Origin: Syncephalis fuscata S228
Taxonomy: Eukaryota > Fungi > Zoopagomycota
Length of the DNA: 64,000 nt
NCBI GenBank assembly: GCA_025786725.1
Contig: JAHLTZ010000048.1
Coordinates: 72,575 to 136,574 of the forward strand
Direction: 5' to 3'
Part shown: positions 53,888 to 64,000 of the stretch, piece by piece
Numbering within the stretch: position 1 is the first letter of the stretch
How the letters are laid out: each line of letters opens with the position of its first letter
Position numbers and translations under genes: made by a program
Notes under the pieces: model-generated
Told to the model about the DNA's origin: nothing
Database searches by the model: none
Seen by the model: the letters and a program-made list of their open reading frames with translations, nothing else

Positions 53888-53935
53888 AAGAATGAAAAAG
53901 AACGAGCTTCTTTTTACTAAATGTGTTTAATACTT

Positions 53936-55977
53936 TTATTGTTTTGGCTGCTCTTGTATATAATGTTGACTTGTTTGAGCAATGGCTTGTAATTCTTTCC
54001 ATAGCTGACATGTAAACCGCCATGCCAATTGGTATCGAGGATCAAGTTGATCCAATAATGCAGTCTAATGTATTTATAATGATTAGAAATACCAATATTC
54101 ATGATGAACTTACCAACTGATCCAATCGTTGTTGTGCCTGTTCAATGCCCATTTGACTTAATGTACAAATACATAATTGTAGAAAAGAATTTGAAATAGG
54201 ATAATCAACAGTAGTATTATTGTCGAGACTACAATATAAAAGACGTTGCCATCTTTCAATTATTTGCTGTGTTTCACGCTGCTTTAAATCAAAGCGAGAT
54301 AGAAACCAAATTCGTAATGCAGCCAATAATCGATTTGGAGGAGTGCCATCTTGACAGAAAGCATAATCACTTGACATAATAAATATAAGCATAAATGATG
54401 ATGATGATGATGATGACTTACCCCACAAAACCTTGTGATTCTAGAAATGATAATTTGGCCATTTTATCATTATTTGCATTATATATTATTTTATGGAACG
54501 TATTAATAGATGTATCTGGTAATTTAGTTAAATAATCTGACAACGCTTCAATATCTACTAGATTCAACACCCATTGATTATACTTGTTTTCAGATGTGAC
54601 AAATCCATATTCTCCTAACAAGAATCCATTATCATGTGGCCCATAACTAATAAATGCCTACAAATAAACGTTAAATTATGTTCAAGTATAGTAAAATCCA
54701 TTACCTGTTGTCCACGCAAAAATGTATCTTGAGTGGTCATTGTATAACATTGTGTTTTACGATCGTAATAGCCATGTATCTATATAATAATTAAGTTATT
54801 ATTGTTGCTATTTAATAAATACTAAACTATCTACCGTGGCATCTGGATGATGATTAAGCATATCAAGGAATGGTGCAATCATCATACAATCGCTAGATGG
54901 TGTATTGAGTCCATTGTCAAGAAAAACACAACGTGTATTAACTACATTTATCAATTTAATAAGTTATTAATTATTAATTATCATTGTTATTATTATTATT
55001 GACTATTCTTGTCTATTATTACCGCATAGCCAGGCCCATTCATATGTCGCTTTATCTGGTCTGGGTAAGTTTGGATTAATCTAATTGGTATCAGACATTA
55101 ATAAAGCAAATAATAACAATTTATCCTACCTTTAACATATTTTGACATAGCTTTATGTAACTTTGATCAATGGCTGTTCGTTGCTTTGTCGCCATTTCTA
55201 ATGAATAAATCAATAAACATTAGTGCCATTTATTTGTCAATACTATTTCTACCTTTTACATCTGGTGGTAATAGCGCTTGTAATTCAATCGGGTAACAAA
55301 CAGGTAGTGTAGCAAAGTCCCGAGGCAACACTGATAGATATGGCCATAGATAACTTGCTGTGCCACAATGCATCTTCTCTACTGCCAAATGATATGCCAT
55401 TAATGTATGAGATTTAGGTGGATTCTGGCATCTTTTTAGGATTCAATGATTTAATAACGAATCACGTTTTTATTAATAAATAATTACCGTGATAATTCGC
55501 GTTGATAACGTTGCCGCAGCCCATCCGGGGTAATTAAAAGTTGTTTGGGTATCTCAACTAAATGATCTCCTGGCTACACCGATAAGCCTTGAAATTAAAA
55601 GGCTATACATTGCATCATCAAATGGATACTTACAAGAATATCGCGTGTGGCTAGCATACCACGTCCTGTACCTATAAAATTATAGAGCAATTGTTAATGC
55701 ATGTACATCATTGCTTCTATAATTATAATACCTACTGTTGAACTCGGCCATAGTGATGTACATTCGCGGACAGCGTGCCTTTTGTAGCCAGGCACGAAAA
55801 GCCAGCCAATTACTATCGTTTATTACTACTTGTATAAATAACTACTGTAGTCATTGCTGCTCATAGCCTACCATGTCCCTGTTCTTTATGGCTCGTCAGT
55901 AAAGAAGACGAGTATTGCAAGTCTGCTAGCAATTTTCGTCTTTGTAGTCGTTCACGTCGCGTGCGACTTGATACCAT
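53936..55977 (-). CDS. SET-domain protein-lysine methyltransferase (SETD4/Rkm2-like), multi-exon
   Basis: Spliced: GTGRGMLATRDIL, LVEIPKQLLIT, WPYISVLPRDF, YEWAWLC|VNTRCVF, IAPFLDMLNHH, AFISYGPHDNGFLLGEYGFV, RLLAALR; last exon ends QEQPKQ* at 53936. Confidence 0.88.
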
Positions 55978-56523
55978 ATTATTAAATAGAAAAAAATTAG
56001 TAAATTTTACACAATATTAAAATAAAATTCAATCAATAGTTATGTATCACCAAATTTGGTAATTATAAATTATCTAAGACTTTCCACGCTTAAAATTGTA
56101 ATTATTTACTTATTACAACCCATTAAAAATAGCCAATACAATATGCATATAATTATAGTGTACTACAAAGCTTATTAATATATATATCAATATATATTCT
56201 AGCTACTATTAATATTAATGCTAGTATATAATAGCATATTATAATGATAATTTGTAACAATCTGGCCAATTTAGACCGTATTGTTTACATTATTAAACAG
56301 AAATCTTGGCTAGCAACATGTATTATTCACATGTAATGTATCCAACATTGTTATGCGATATACCTACGACAAACCAAGCCTTTATTTGATCGCATACTAC
56401 ACACTGCATAATAAATATAACCAAGTTTGGACTCTAATAATTAAACAACATATGGAACTTAATTTGACATCGGCCATTCGTTACATCTGGTATTCTAAAT
56501 TTGCATTGAATTATTTAGGCATA

Positions 56524-58357
56524 ATGAATCTACCGGCAAGCCGTCAAGACGGACGATCTAACATAGAGATAGCCGATTCAATCAATGACTATATCGATAG
56601 ACCCACTAACAATGCTTCAGTAAAGACAGAAAAGCTCGATTGGTTCACAAAGCTATTCATTTCCCATTACGGGTACGTTTAAATCATACACGAATACAGT
56701 GGTTTATCATGGTTGATGGCAGTGATTTACAAACAAGACGTTCTGAAAAAGCTATACATAACGATCTTGAATTTTGTTGCGGTCTGAAATTTGCACCATG
56801 GACTCTATTCCCGGCCAGTATAGCAACTCTATTTTGCTGTGGATCATTGTACGCATGGAGTGTATTTAATAAACCGATTGACACGCATATATATAATAAT
56901 CCAAATGAAGGTAAATTTGTCGCGTTTCCAACTATATTTGTAGCTTAATACATAACTAACTAGTTTTATTAGATATGGCGCCAATAACATTTTACATTGC
57001 CATTTTATTTCTAGGATTGGCCGCTGCGGTATCAGGACCACTAGTAGAAAGATATGGGCCACACAGCACAATTTTTGCAAGTGCGTGTTTAGTTTTTATC
57101 GGCGCAATCATCTCTGCCTCTGCCATTCAAGTAAAGCAAATCTGGCTACTTTATATTGGCTACGGTGTTGTATCCGGCGCTGGTTATGGTATGGCCTACA
57201 TTACACCTATATCGGTTCTACAAAAATGGTTTCCTCAACACCGAGGCATCACTGCTGGTTTAGCATTGGCCGGCTTTGCTTTTGGAAGTGTCATAATATC
57301 TAAAGTGGCACTCCCCCTAATAAATGCTATTGGTTTACAATGGACTTTCATGGCTATGGGCTTGCTTTACACATTTATTCTTGGTGTATCCGGCTGGATT
57401 ATTCGCCAGCCGCCCCTGCAAGCTGCACCATCACCTACCATGATTGAACTTAGCGCTATAGAAGCGCACAATTCTACGTCTTCAGCTGCTATTGACACTA
57501 CTTACACAACTTCTGGAAGTTGCCCAGCAGATCACGTACAATTAAATAAGAATTTAACAGACAATACAATAATGCTTTCATTTCTAGCAAGTCGTAATTT
57601 TATACTGCTCTATATTGCTTTTTTCTGTGGCTGTTTATTCGGTAATTACTAAAATATATTTACTGCCCGTCGGCTCATGACTCTTCAACTAGGCCTGGTA
57701 TCCTCTTCAAGATTATCCAATATGGTTGTCGAATTATTTCACGAGAAACAAAAGGCTGCCGCAACAATTGTTGCCAGTAAGTTTCGTATGTTTTTTAACA
57801 ATACGCCACAATTTTATTTTTTTACTTGTTTAGTCAATGGCGTATTCAATGCAATGGGACGAATTGGATTTGCTATAATATCTGATTTAGTTGGACCCAA
57901 GCGATGCTACGCTATAATTATGTGCCTCCAGCTAACTTTCATGATAGTGCTACTAATTGTAACTGATTTGGATGCCCAATGGCCATTTGTTGTCACGGCT
58001 TGGCTGGCTACTGCATGCTTTGGCGGCATCATGAGTGTGCTGCCTGGATTGATTACCAGGATGTTTGGCGCGCAGTACACAGGAGTTTGTCATGGGTAAG
58101 TCGTGCTTGTATTTATTTAATAAGAAATCTATATTGCTTGTTCTAGTGTTTTAATGACAGCTTTCTCGTTGGCCGGCGTTGGCGGTGGACTTTTATTCAG
58201 TGCCATCTACCAACTGATAACAAAAAAATACGACATAACGCCAGAGCATCCTATTGTTTATCTTGTCAACTTTTACTGGATTACTGCCGCTTCTTTGGCT
58301 GGTTTAGTGTTTTTATTTTTTGTACAAATTCCAAAGTCTTGTGATACCAATGCTTAA
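56524..58357 (+). CDS. MFS transporter, oxalate/formate antiporter (OFA/YhjX)-like
   Basis: CCGSLYAWSVFNKPID, SGPLVERYGP, LYIGYGVVSGAGYGMAYITPISVLQKWFPQHRGITAGLALAGFAFGS, NGVFNAMGRIGFAIISDLVG, LPGLITRMFG; 12-TM-like pattern; five introns. Confidence 0.88.
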
Positions 58358-59111
58358 AACCACTTGCTACTCAATCAATTGTACAAAATCTTCAAACTCT
58401 TTTAATTCCTATAATTACACTAAACTCTTAATAAAAAATAAGCAGCATAGTATTGACATCAGCTAAGCACTACTATTTTGCGTCACGCTTTGAATAATTG
58501 TTGCCAAAAATATGTACCAATATAAATTACGTATTTTTATTATTTCACTCTATTACTCCATTTATAATAGAAATGTAACTATAATACATAATACAATAAG
58601 CTTTATTTTTTATTTTATGTACTATGTCTTTGTTAATATAATATAAATACCTTGATCATATGCCATTATTTGGTACAATGACTGTTCTATCCAAAAACTA
58701 ATATTTATAACATAGCTGTAAGCAAATAAAACAAAAATCAAACACCCGCTAATCTTACATTTTAAACATTTATTTGCAATATAAATATTAGAACCATTTT
58801 ACTTTGAGTCCATATGTTTTTTTAAAGTAAAAGATATGGAGCTCAAGCTCTACTTCATTCCTCCAGGTAGAGTAGTAACAATACATTATCAGATATTTAT
58901 TTAGTTTACTAATTAAATATGATCATTTTTTTACAGATATTAACATATTACAATTAGTTACACTTAATACAACTGCATTGATACTAATTACTTTAAAAAT
59001 AATATCAGTAATTTATTTATATTATTTCCAATACATTAATATGGACAATTTATTAATAATTTAATGTAATTTGGTGTTAAATGCTTGTACTTAATAACAT
59101 TTGCTTAACTA

Positions 59112-59705
59112 GACTAACGTTTGTTCTATTAAACATGATGATGGATGGTGAGTGACATCAATCATCAAATACTCATCAGCATATATTTATTATCCAATAT
59201 ACATATATCATTCCCATTCTATCCCACGCTATTATATATCATTCTATGACATATTAAATACATTATACTGTTATAATTGTTAATTACATATAGCTTGCTA
59301 AATGAATGAGGTAAATGAATTAAAATTTATCACTAATAGCGTTAGAACAAAAATAAACATAGTTTTAGATAGAGCAAGGCTAGGCGAGTATAGAGTGATA
59401 TATAAAATGATAAATTTATGGTAAGAAAGCATATAAAATGATGTTAAAGTTACAGCGCATATGGTGTAATGAAGAGAATGAGTGGAGTGCATTGGAACAT
59501 ATAAACAATATAATGTGTCTAATATATCTTAGAATGGTATATAGTAGTGTGGAATGGAATAGAAATGGTACATATGAATAGAATATATATGTATACTGAA
59601 TATATGCATACTGGATAATAAATCTACAATGATGAGTATTTGATGACTGATGTCATTCACCATCATCAACATGTTTAATAGATTGGATGTTATTAAATGT
59701 TAGTC
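59112..59705. repeat. Second long imperfect inverted repeat (arms ~59112-59275 and ~59501-59705)
   Basis: CTATTAAACATGATGATGGATGGTGAGTGACATCAATCATCAAATACTCATCA vs right-arm reverse complement CTATTAAACATGTTGATGATGGTGAATGACATCAGTCATCAAATACTCATCA; similarity continues for ~160 bp. Confidence 0.75.
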
Positions 59706-60588
59706 ATTTGACCACAAATTATACTAAATGGTTAGTAAATTATTTGCTGATTGCAAAAAGATTACTTTAATTAATAAATGATATGAGATATTTAATATGC
59801 CAATAAAAGCTATGAATGGACGTCACTGTACATAGAAAAACTATAAATAAATTGAAGTACTGACGATGGAGATGTTTAAATAGTAGAGTAAAATGTAAAA
59901 AGTGATTAGTAACGAGGTAGTATATAGTCACCACAGCCATTGTATTAGCAGCTGTAAATATACAACAGTAGTAATGACTTTACTGCTAATATGATGTTGA
60001 ACAATTTTGTGGTGTCAGTACATAAATGCAGCCTATTACTGTGGAACTGAACAAACATATATTAGCACAGCATGTAATGTTGATTCATAGCAAATCAAGC
60101 CAATCAGTATTTTTGCAATATGTATGAAACGTAGAAAGTATTAATGAATAAATATTATAAAGTGTAAATGAAATGAAAAGAAAGTACAGTGACATAAATT
60201 GTAAATATTTAGTTAATAGAATATATATTATAAAGATAGTTAACAGGCAATAAAGCCAATTTATTTGTGGAACAATGTCATCAATAAAGCAATGGCTGCA
60301 ATAAGCATAGTAAATGACAAACAATAAAACACGTTAAATCATAGAATATGTCATCAATAAAACACCGAGTGCTATGGAAAGAATAGATAACAAACAATAA
60401 AAATAAATATATGGTTGGAGTTGGAGTTTAATTTCTTTTATGTTTGAAGCTTATAATAGAAAATAGTGGCTCAAACTCCACTTCAATTCAAATATCAAGT
60501 TTATTCGGTCGTGGTGTGGCAGTAGATATTGATTAAAAACAGGATAATTTTATAATAGAAGTTAGTAGTACCATAATATAACCAACAA

Positions 60589-61248
60589 TTATGCCAATCG
60601 TATAAGGTATCTTTCGACAATAACAAGCACAGCTAAAGACCAGCCAGCAAGTAGAACAGAAAGTGGGCTCATTGCTGAAATGTCCTTTCCGGCACTATTT
60701 GGATCTGCCAATAATTCGCCACAGCTACAGTTGATAAATACGCGCATTTGGCGTTCGCATTCCTTTTTTACGCCTTGGCACTGTGGTGTTAGAGTTCCAT
60801 TGACATAGACGGTTGGTGTGACGATTACGATAGATTCGGTTGGTGTAGGCACAGTAGGAGACGGTGCATTTGCACTCTGGATCTTGAACTTAGCGCTTGA
60901 AGTGCGGTCAGGCAATAAACCAGAGTTCAATCGATCTAGCCGTACGTAAAAGGTTCCTTTGGTGTCTACATCAGGTACTGTCCACTTTTTTGTGCCCTGT
61001 GATGCTGCTATTTCATCGCTAATCGTAGCAACAGCACTGTCTCGTCCGAAAATGCCTTCGCCGGCACGATACAGCTCAAGCTTAAGAGTGCCATCGGCAG
61101 CCGTCTTATCATCAGCTTGGTATGACCAGCTAATGGTAACTTCTTTATTTATCTCCCATACAGTAAGTCCGTTGGGCTCGTTAATGGTATAGCGAGCAGC
61201 CGCTGCAAACGGCAATAGCATACCGATAAGCGCAAAAGAGAAACGCAT
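60589..61248 (-). CDS. GPI-anchored cell-surface protein with Kre9/Knh1-like N-terminal domain
   Basis: Signal peptide; INEPNGLTVWEINKEVTISW...LKLELY...WTVP...FYVRL...SAKFKI pattern; Pro/Thr linker; NSAG omega-like site and hydrophobic C-terminus; intronless. Confidence 0.8.
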   Translation of the reverse strand: MRFSFALIGMLLPFAAAARYTINEPNGLTVWEINKEVTISWSYQADDKTAADGTLKLELYRAGEGIFGRDSAVATISDEIAASQGTKKWTVPDVDTKGTFYVRLDRLNSGLLPDRTSSAKFKIQSANAPSPTVPTPTESIVIVTPTVYVNGTLTPQCQGVKKECERQMRVFINCSCGELLADPNSAGKDISAMSPLSVLLAGWSLAVLVIVERYLIRLA

Positions 61249-61719
61249 ATTGGGTAATCAGACGTTAAGTAGCAAAATCGACTTAAATCAACTGCTGGTA
61301 TCGAGGTGTATAGTATCGAGAAAACTTTCAAAATGCTGCAATTCGTAAGAAATAATGTGTAGTTTAAAAAGTGTGTATCAGAGAAAGATGGCTTGTTCAG
61401 AGTTTTCTTCTGAGTAGCTAATAAATGTGCATGGCGGTGTAAAAAATAGCCAGAAAAGGCAGCTGCCTCATTTATACAAATCCATATGACTATTGCCATA
61501 CTTGGCATCACAAACATGATATAATTAGACGTAGAAATCAAACAATAAAACGTGACAAAAGATGAAACAAGGATCGGGACACTTTGATCACTAATTTATA
61601 TAGGAACGAAAAAGCCGTGCTATAACATTAAGCACTGATGACTACTTTATCACACAATTAATGAATATCTGACGATAATTACTGGTGCAACCATCGCCAT
61701 CCATCACTCTCCCCCTCTC

Positions 61720-62758
61720 TTAATCTTGAATCAAATCCTCGGCCACAAGTTGGTCATGCACGAGCCACCACAAAGCATAGACAGCACCGAATGGTCCATC
61801 ACTTACCGCTGGATTATTGCGGTCAACGGACCAAGGCTTCTCAAGAATGTAATGTATACAACGAACATCATCGTCACGCCAGATTGCAGAGTGATAAGCC
61901 CTTAATGTCTTCAATGCGTTGTAGATGTAAGGCATACTGAGTACTCTTTCCTCAAAATATATATTAAGTAAATCCTGATCTACAAAACGGAAGCTGCTTA
62001 GATCATCAGTCTCGCGTGCAGCTCTGAGAATGGCTTGAAATTCCTCTTCTGATGGCGTAAGCACCATAAATCCTGAATTGAAGTAGTTTGTATGTGGGCC
62101 AGGTGAAGGTGGCGATTTGCCAACACAGTGTGCACACTGATGAGTATAGGCGCAGTTTTCTGGTACCCTGTAGTATTGATTTTAAATAAATGATTTATAA
62201 TACTTGGACGTTAGTACAGCACAACATAATGTACTTCTGCCAATAATGCCCAACTTGAAGCATAGCTTGGCGCGCCACCTACCATGTACTTGGATAGCCT
62301 GCAATATTCAAAGGATTACACGTGCACGCATGAGCAGCGGCAATATCAAAGCCAGTAGATCCACCGATGGCTACGTCAAACACTTCGTCCATATTGCGCA
62401 CAACAACCATGTCCGAGTCAAGGAAGCACACTCGGTCATAATCAGTCAACTGCCAAACGCGCAGCTTTGTCCAGATATCCCGGTAGTATGCCCACAGATA
62501 CTCATTCTCTGTAGGCAATGGTAAATCGTCTTTTGTTATAAGGTCTATACGCTTGAGCAGAGCTCCGTCAAGGCGGAGGCGTTCGATTGAACTTTCGCTA
62601 AGAGTGTCAGTGTACATGACAATCAGTGGATATGGCGTAGCTGTATTTTGCAAGGACCGACATAACACTCGGGCACCGTCAAGATAGTTGTCGCGTGTAA
62701 GCAACGTCACCCAAGCACACCGCAACGTTGGTTTGTTTTCGCTGTCGTTGGTAGACAT
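61720..62758 (-). CDS. Glycosyltransferase family 8 (glycogenin/galactinol-synthase-like)
   Basis: AWVTLLTRDNYLDGARVL, WTKLRVW, YDRVCFLDSD (DxD), AAHACTCNP, intron ~62168-62283, FNSGFMVLTPS, DQDLLN, YNALKTLR, HYILEKPW. Confidence 0.92.
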
Positions 62759-63920
62759 GGTTGTATTTTTTAAACACAAAAGTATAGATGTTTTCAAACA
62801 CGTTTTAAGTAGTATGGCGGTGAATTCACAAAGTAAAAGCTGATGTTATAGCCTATTCAAGTGTAAATCCAAACAAAGTCTTTTAAACAGGTGGCAGCAA
62901 TTACAGTAGTAAGCTACCTACACCCGTTGACTTTGAGTAATAACAGCAACTCTTATTACGAGTAAGGTAGCAAGGAAAAAGGAAATGGTTACGTAGTGGT
63001 TTCAGATACAGAAAGCCGCGATAAGACAGTGTGGTTTTGACATTGATTGTCGTACAAAGTGCTTAAAATATTGGCCGCAGTTTACAAGTTATTGTATGGC
63101 CAAAATAAGTAAATAAATACTGGCGTTTTAAGCGATATATTTGTATGTGCAATACACCATATCCATTTGTAATAGTAAATTTTAAATGCTGATAATAATA
63201 ATATATATATCTACTTGGTAGCATTACGAGTAATATTAAATTGTGCGTAAAGTCGCATTATTATTATTATAAATTATATTTATAAATTAATAAGCGCTAA
63301 TTATTAATATTAGTATGACAATTACTTCAAAATAAAAAACAATTTTATAACATTTCATCAATAGCTTATAGTATAAAACAGCACTTTAGAGTTTACTTGA
63401 TGCAGTGGACGCTAGAAAAATAAATAAACTCGCTGTATGGCAGCGCACTTAAATGATAAAACATGTAAATCAAAGATTACACAATTAGCACACTGTAACT
63501 CAAAGTAAGGAGTAGTATGTGGTTTATTTACTCTCGGTATTTCTAAATGTAAGAATGCCATCAATTTTACTATTGTGTATGTAAAGGTTAAATGTAATAA
63601 TACATATTATATCTATTACGCGTTATGCTGTTGATTCACATAATTACGACAGCATATTGTAGCGAATACTCATAAGCGTAATAGCTATCATCTGTTATTA
63701 TTATTATTATTATTATTAGATAGTCCCATTATAAAACTATAATCTTTTTTATTCCCAATAACTATAGCTAGCATAGAATTTAATATTTTTGCATTTCCAA
63801 CAACCATGATCATTTGAAAAAGTGGTTTTGATCTAATTAAATAGTAAAGGTTAATGTAATGTGAATTAGAAGGCAATAGCAATTATTTGGTTAGTACAGT
63901 GTCATTAAAATTAGGTATAA

Positions 63921-64000
63921 CTTTACATATAATGAAGCAGATTGTGCGATATTTTGCACGAGTATGCGCATAGCATATAGGTAGCTATTGGTAAAATACA
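63921..64000 (+). repeat. Third copy of the 43.5-kb fold-back arm (truncated by window edge)
   Basis: AAGCAGATTGTGCGATATTTTGCACGAGTATGCGCATAGCATATAGGTAGCTATTGGTAAAATA is identical to ~43546-43609. Confidence 0.9.

Noticed and set aside
59629-59652. ATGATGA...CTGA as a box C/D snoRNA
   Set aside because: Boxes too close together, no recognisable rRNA guide, and explained by the inverted-repeat arm.
60414-60487. TTGGAGTTGGAGTTT...AAACTCCACTTCAA inverted repeat
   Set aside because: Short and imperfect; plausible by chance in AT-rich 3' flank.

Overview
AT-rich, intron-dense fungal nuclear DNA with short (~45-100 nt) GT-AG introns and CTRAY branch sites. It looks like an early-diverging lineage, possibly Zoopagomycota or Mucoromycota (inference only). 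About 22 protein-coding loci can be reconstructed by hand-splicing. In order: two divergent secreted repeat proteins (Pro/Thr mucin-like; Opy2-like Cys domain plus His-rich DPFxRDHHFGG repeats), HAP2/NF-YA, RRP5, a bacterial DusA-type tRNA-dihydrouridine synthase, a class-3 lipase, an OPT/YSL transporter, a GATA factor behind ~6 kb of gene-free DNA, battenin BTN1, casein kinase I, two orphans, a cAMP-receptor-like GPCR, NIPSNAP, RPB2, a SETD4/Rkm2-like methyltransferase, an OFA-type MFS transporter, a GPI-anchored Kre9-like protein and a GT8 glycosyltransferase. Main observations: (1) long non-coding fold-back elements at 43.4-44.4 kb and 59.1-59.7 kb, with related copies at 44.7 kb and 63.9 kb; in the first, arm mismatches are biased toward G-U-compatible pairs on the minus strand; (2) a 4-nt micro-exon required for the BTN1 frame; (3) the His-rich/Opy2-like secreted protein, a candidate metal-binding effector; (4) five single-G/C frameshifts in short G/C runs, including in RPB2 and RRP5, most likely consensus errors. 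No tRNA, rRNA, transposase or CRISPR array was recognised. All family assignments rest on motif recognition by eye, not database searches.
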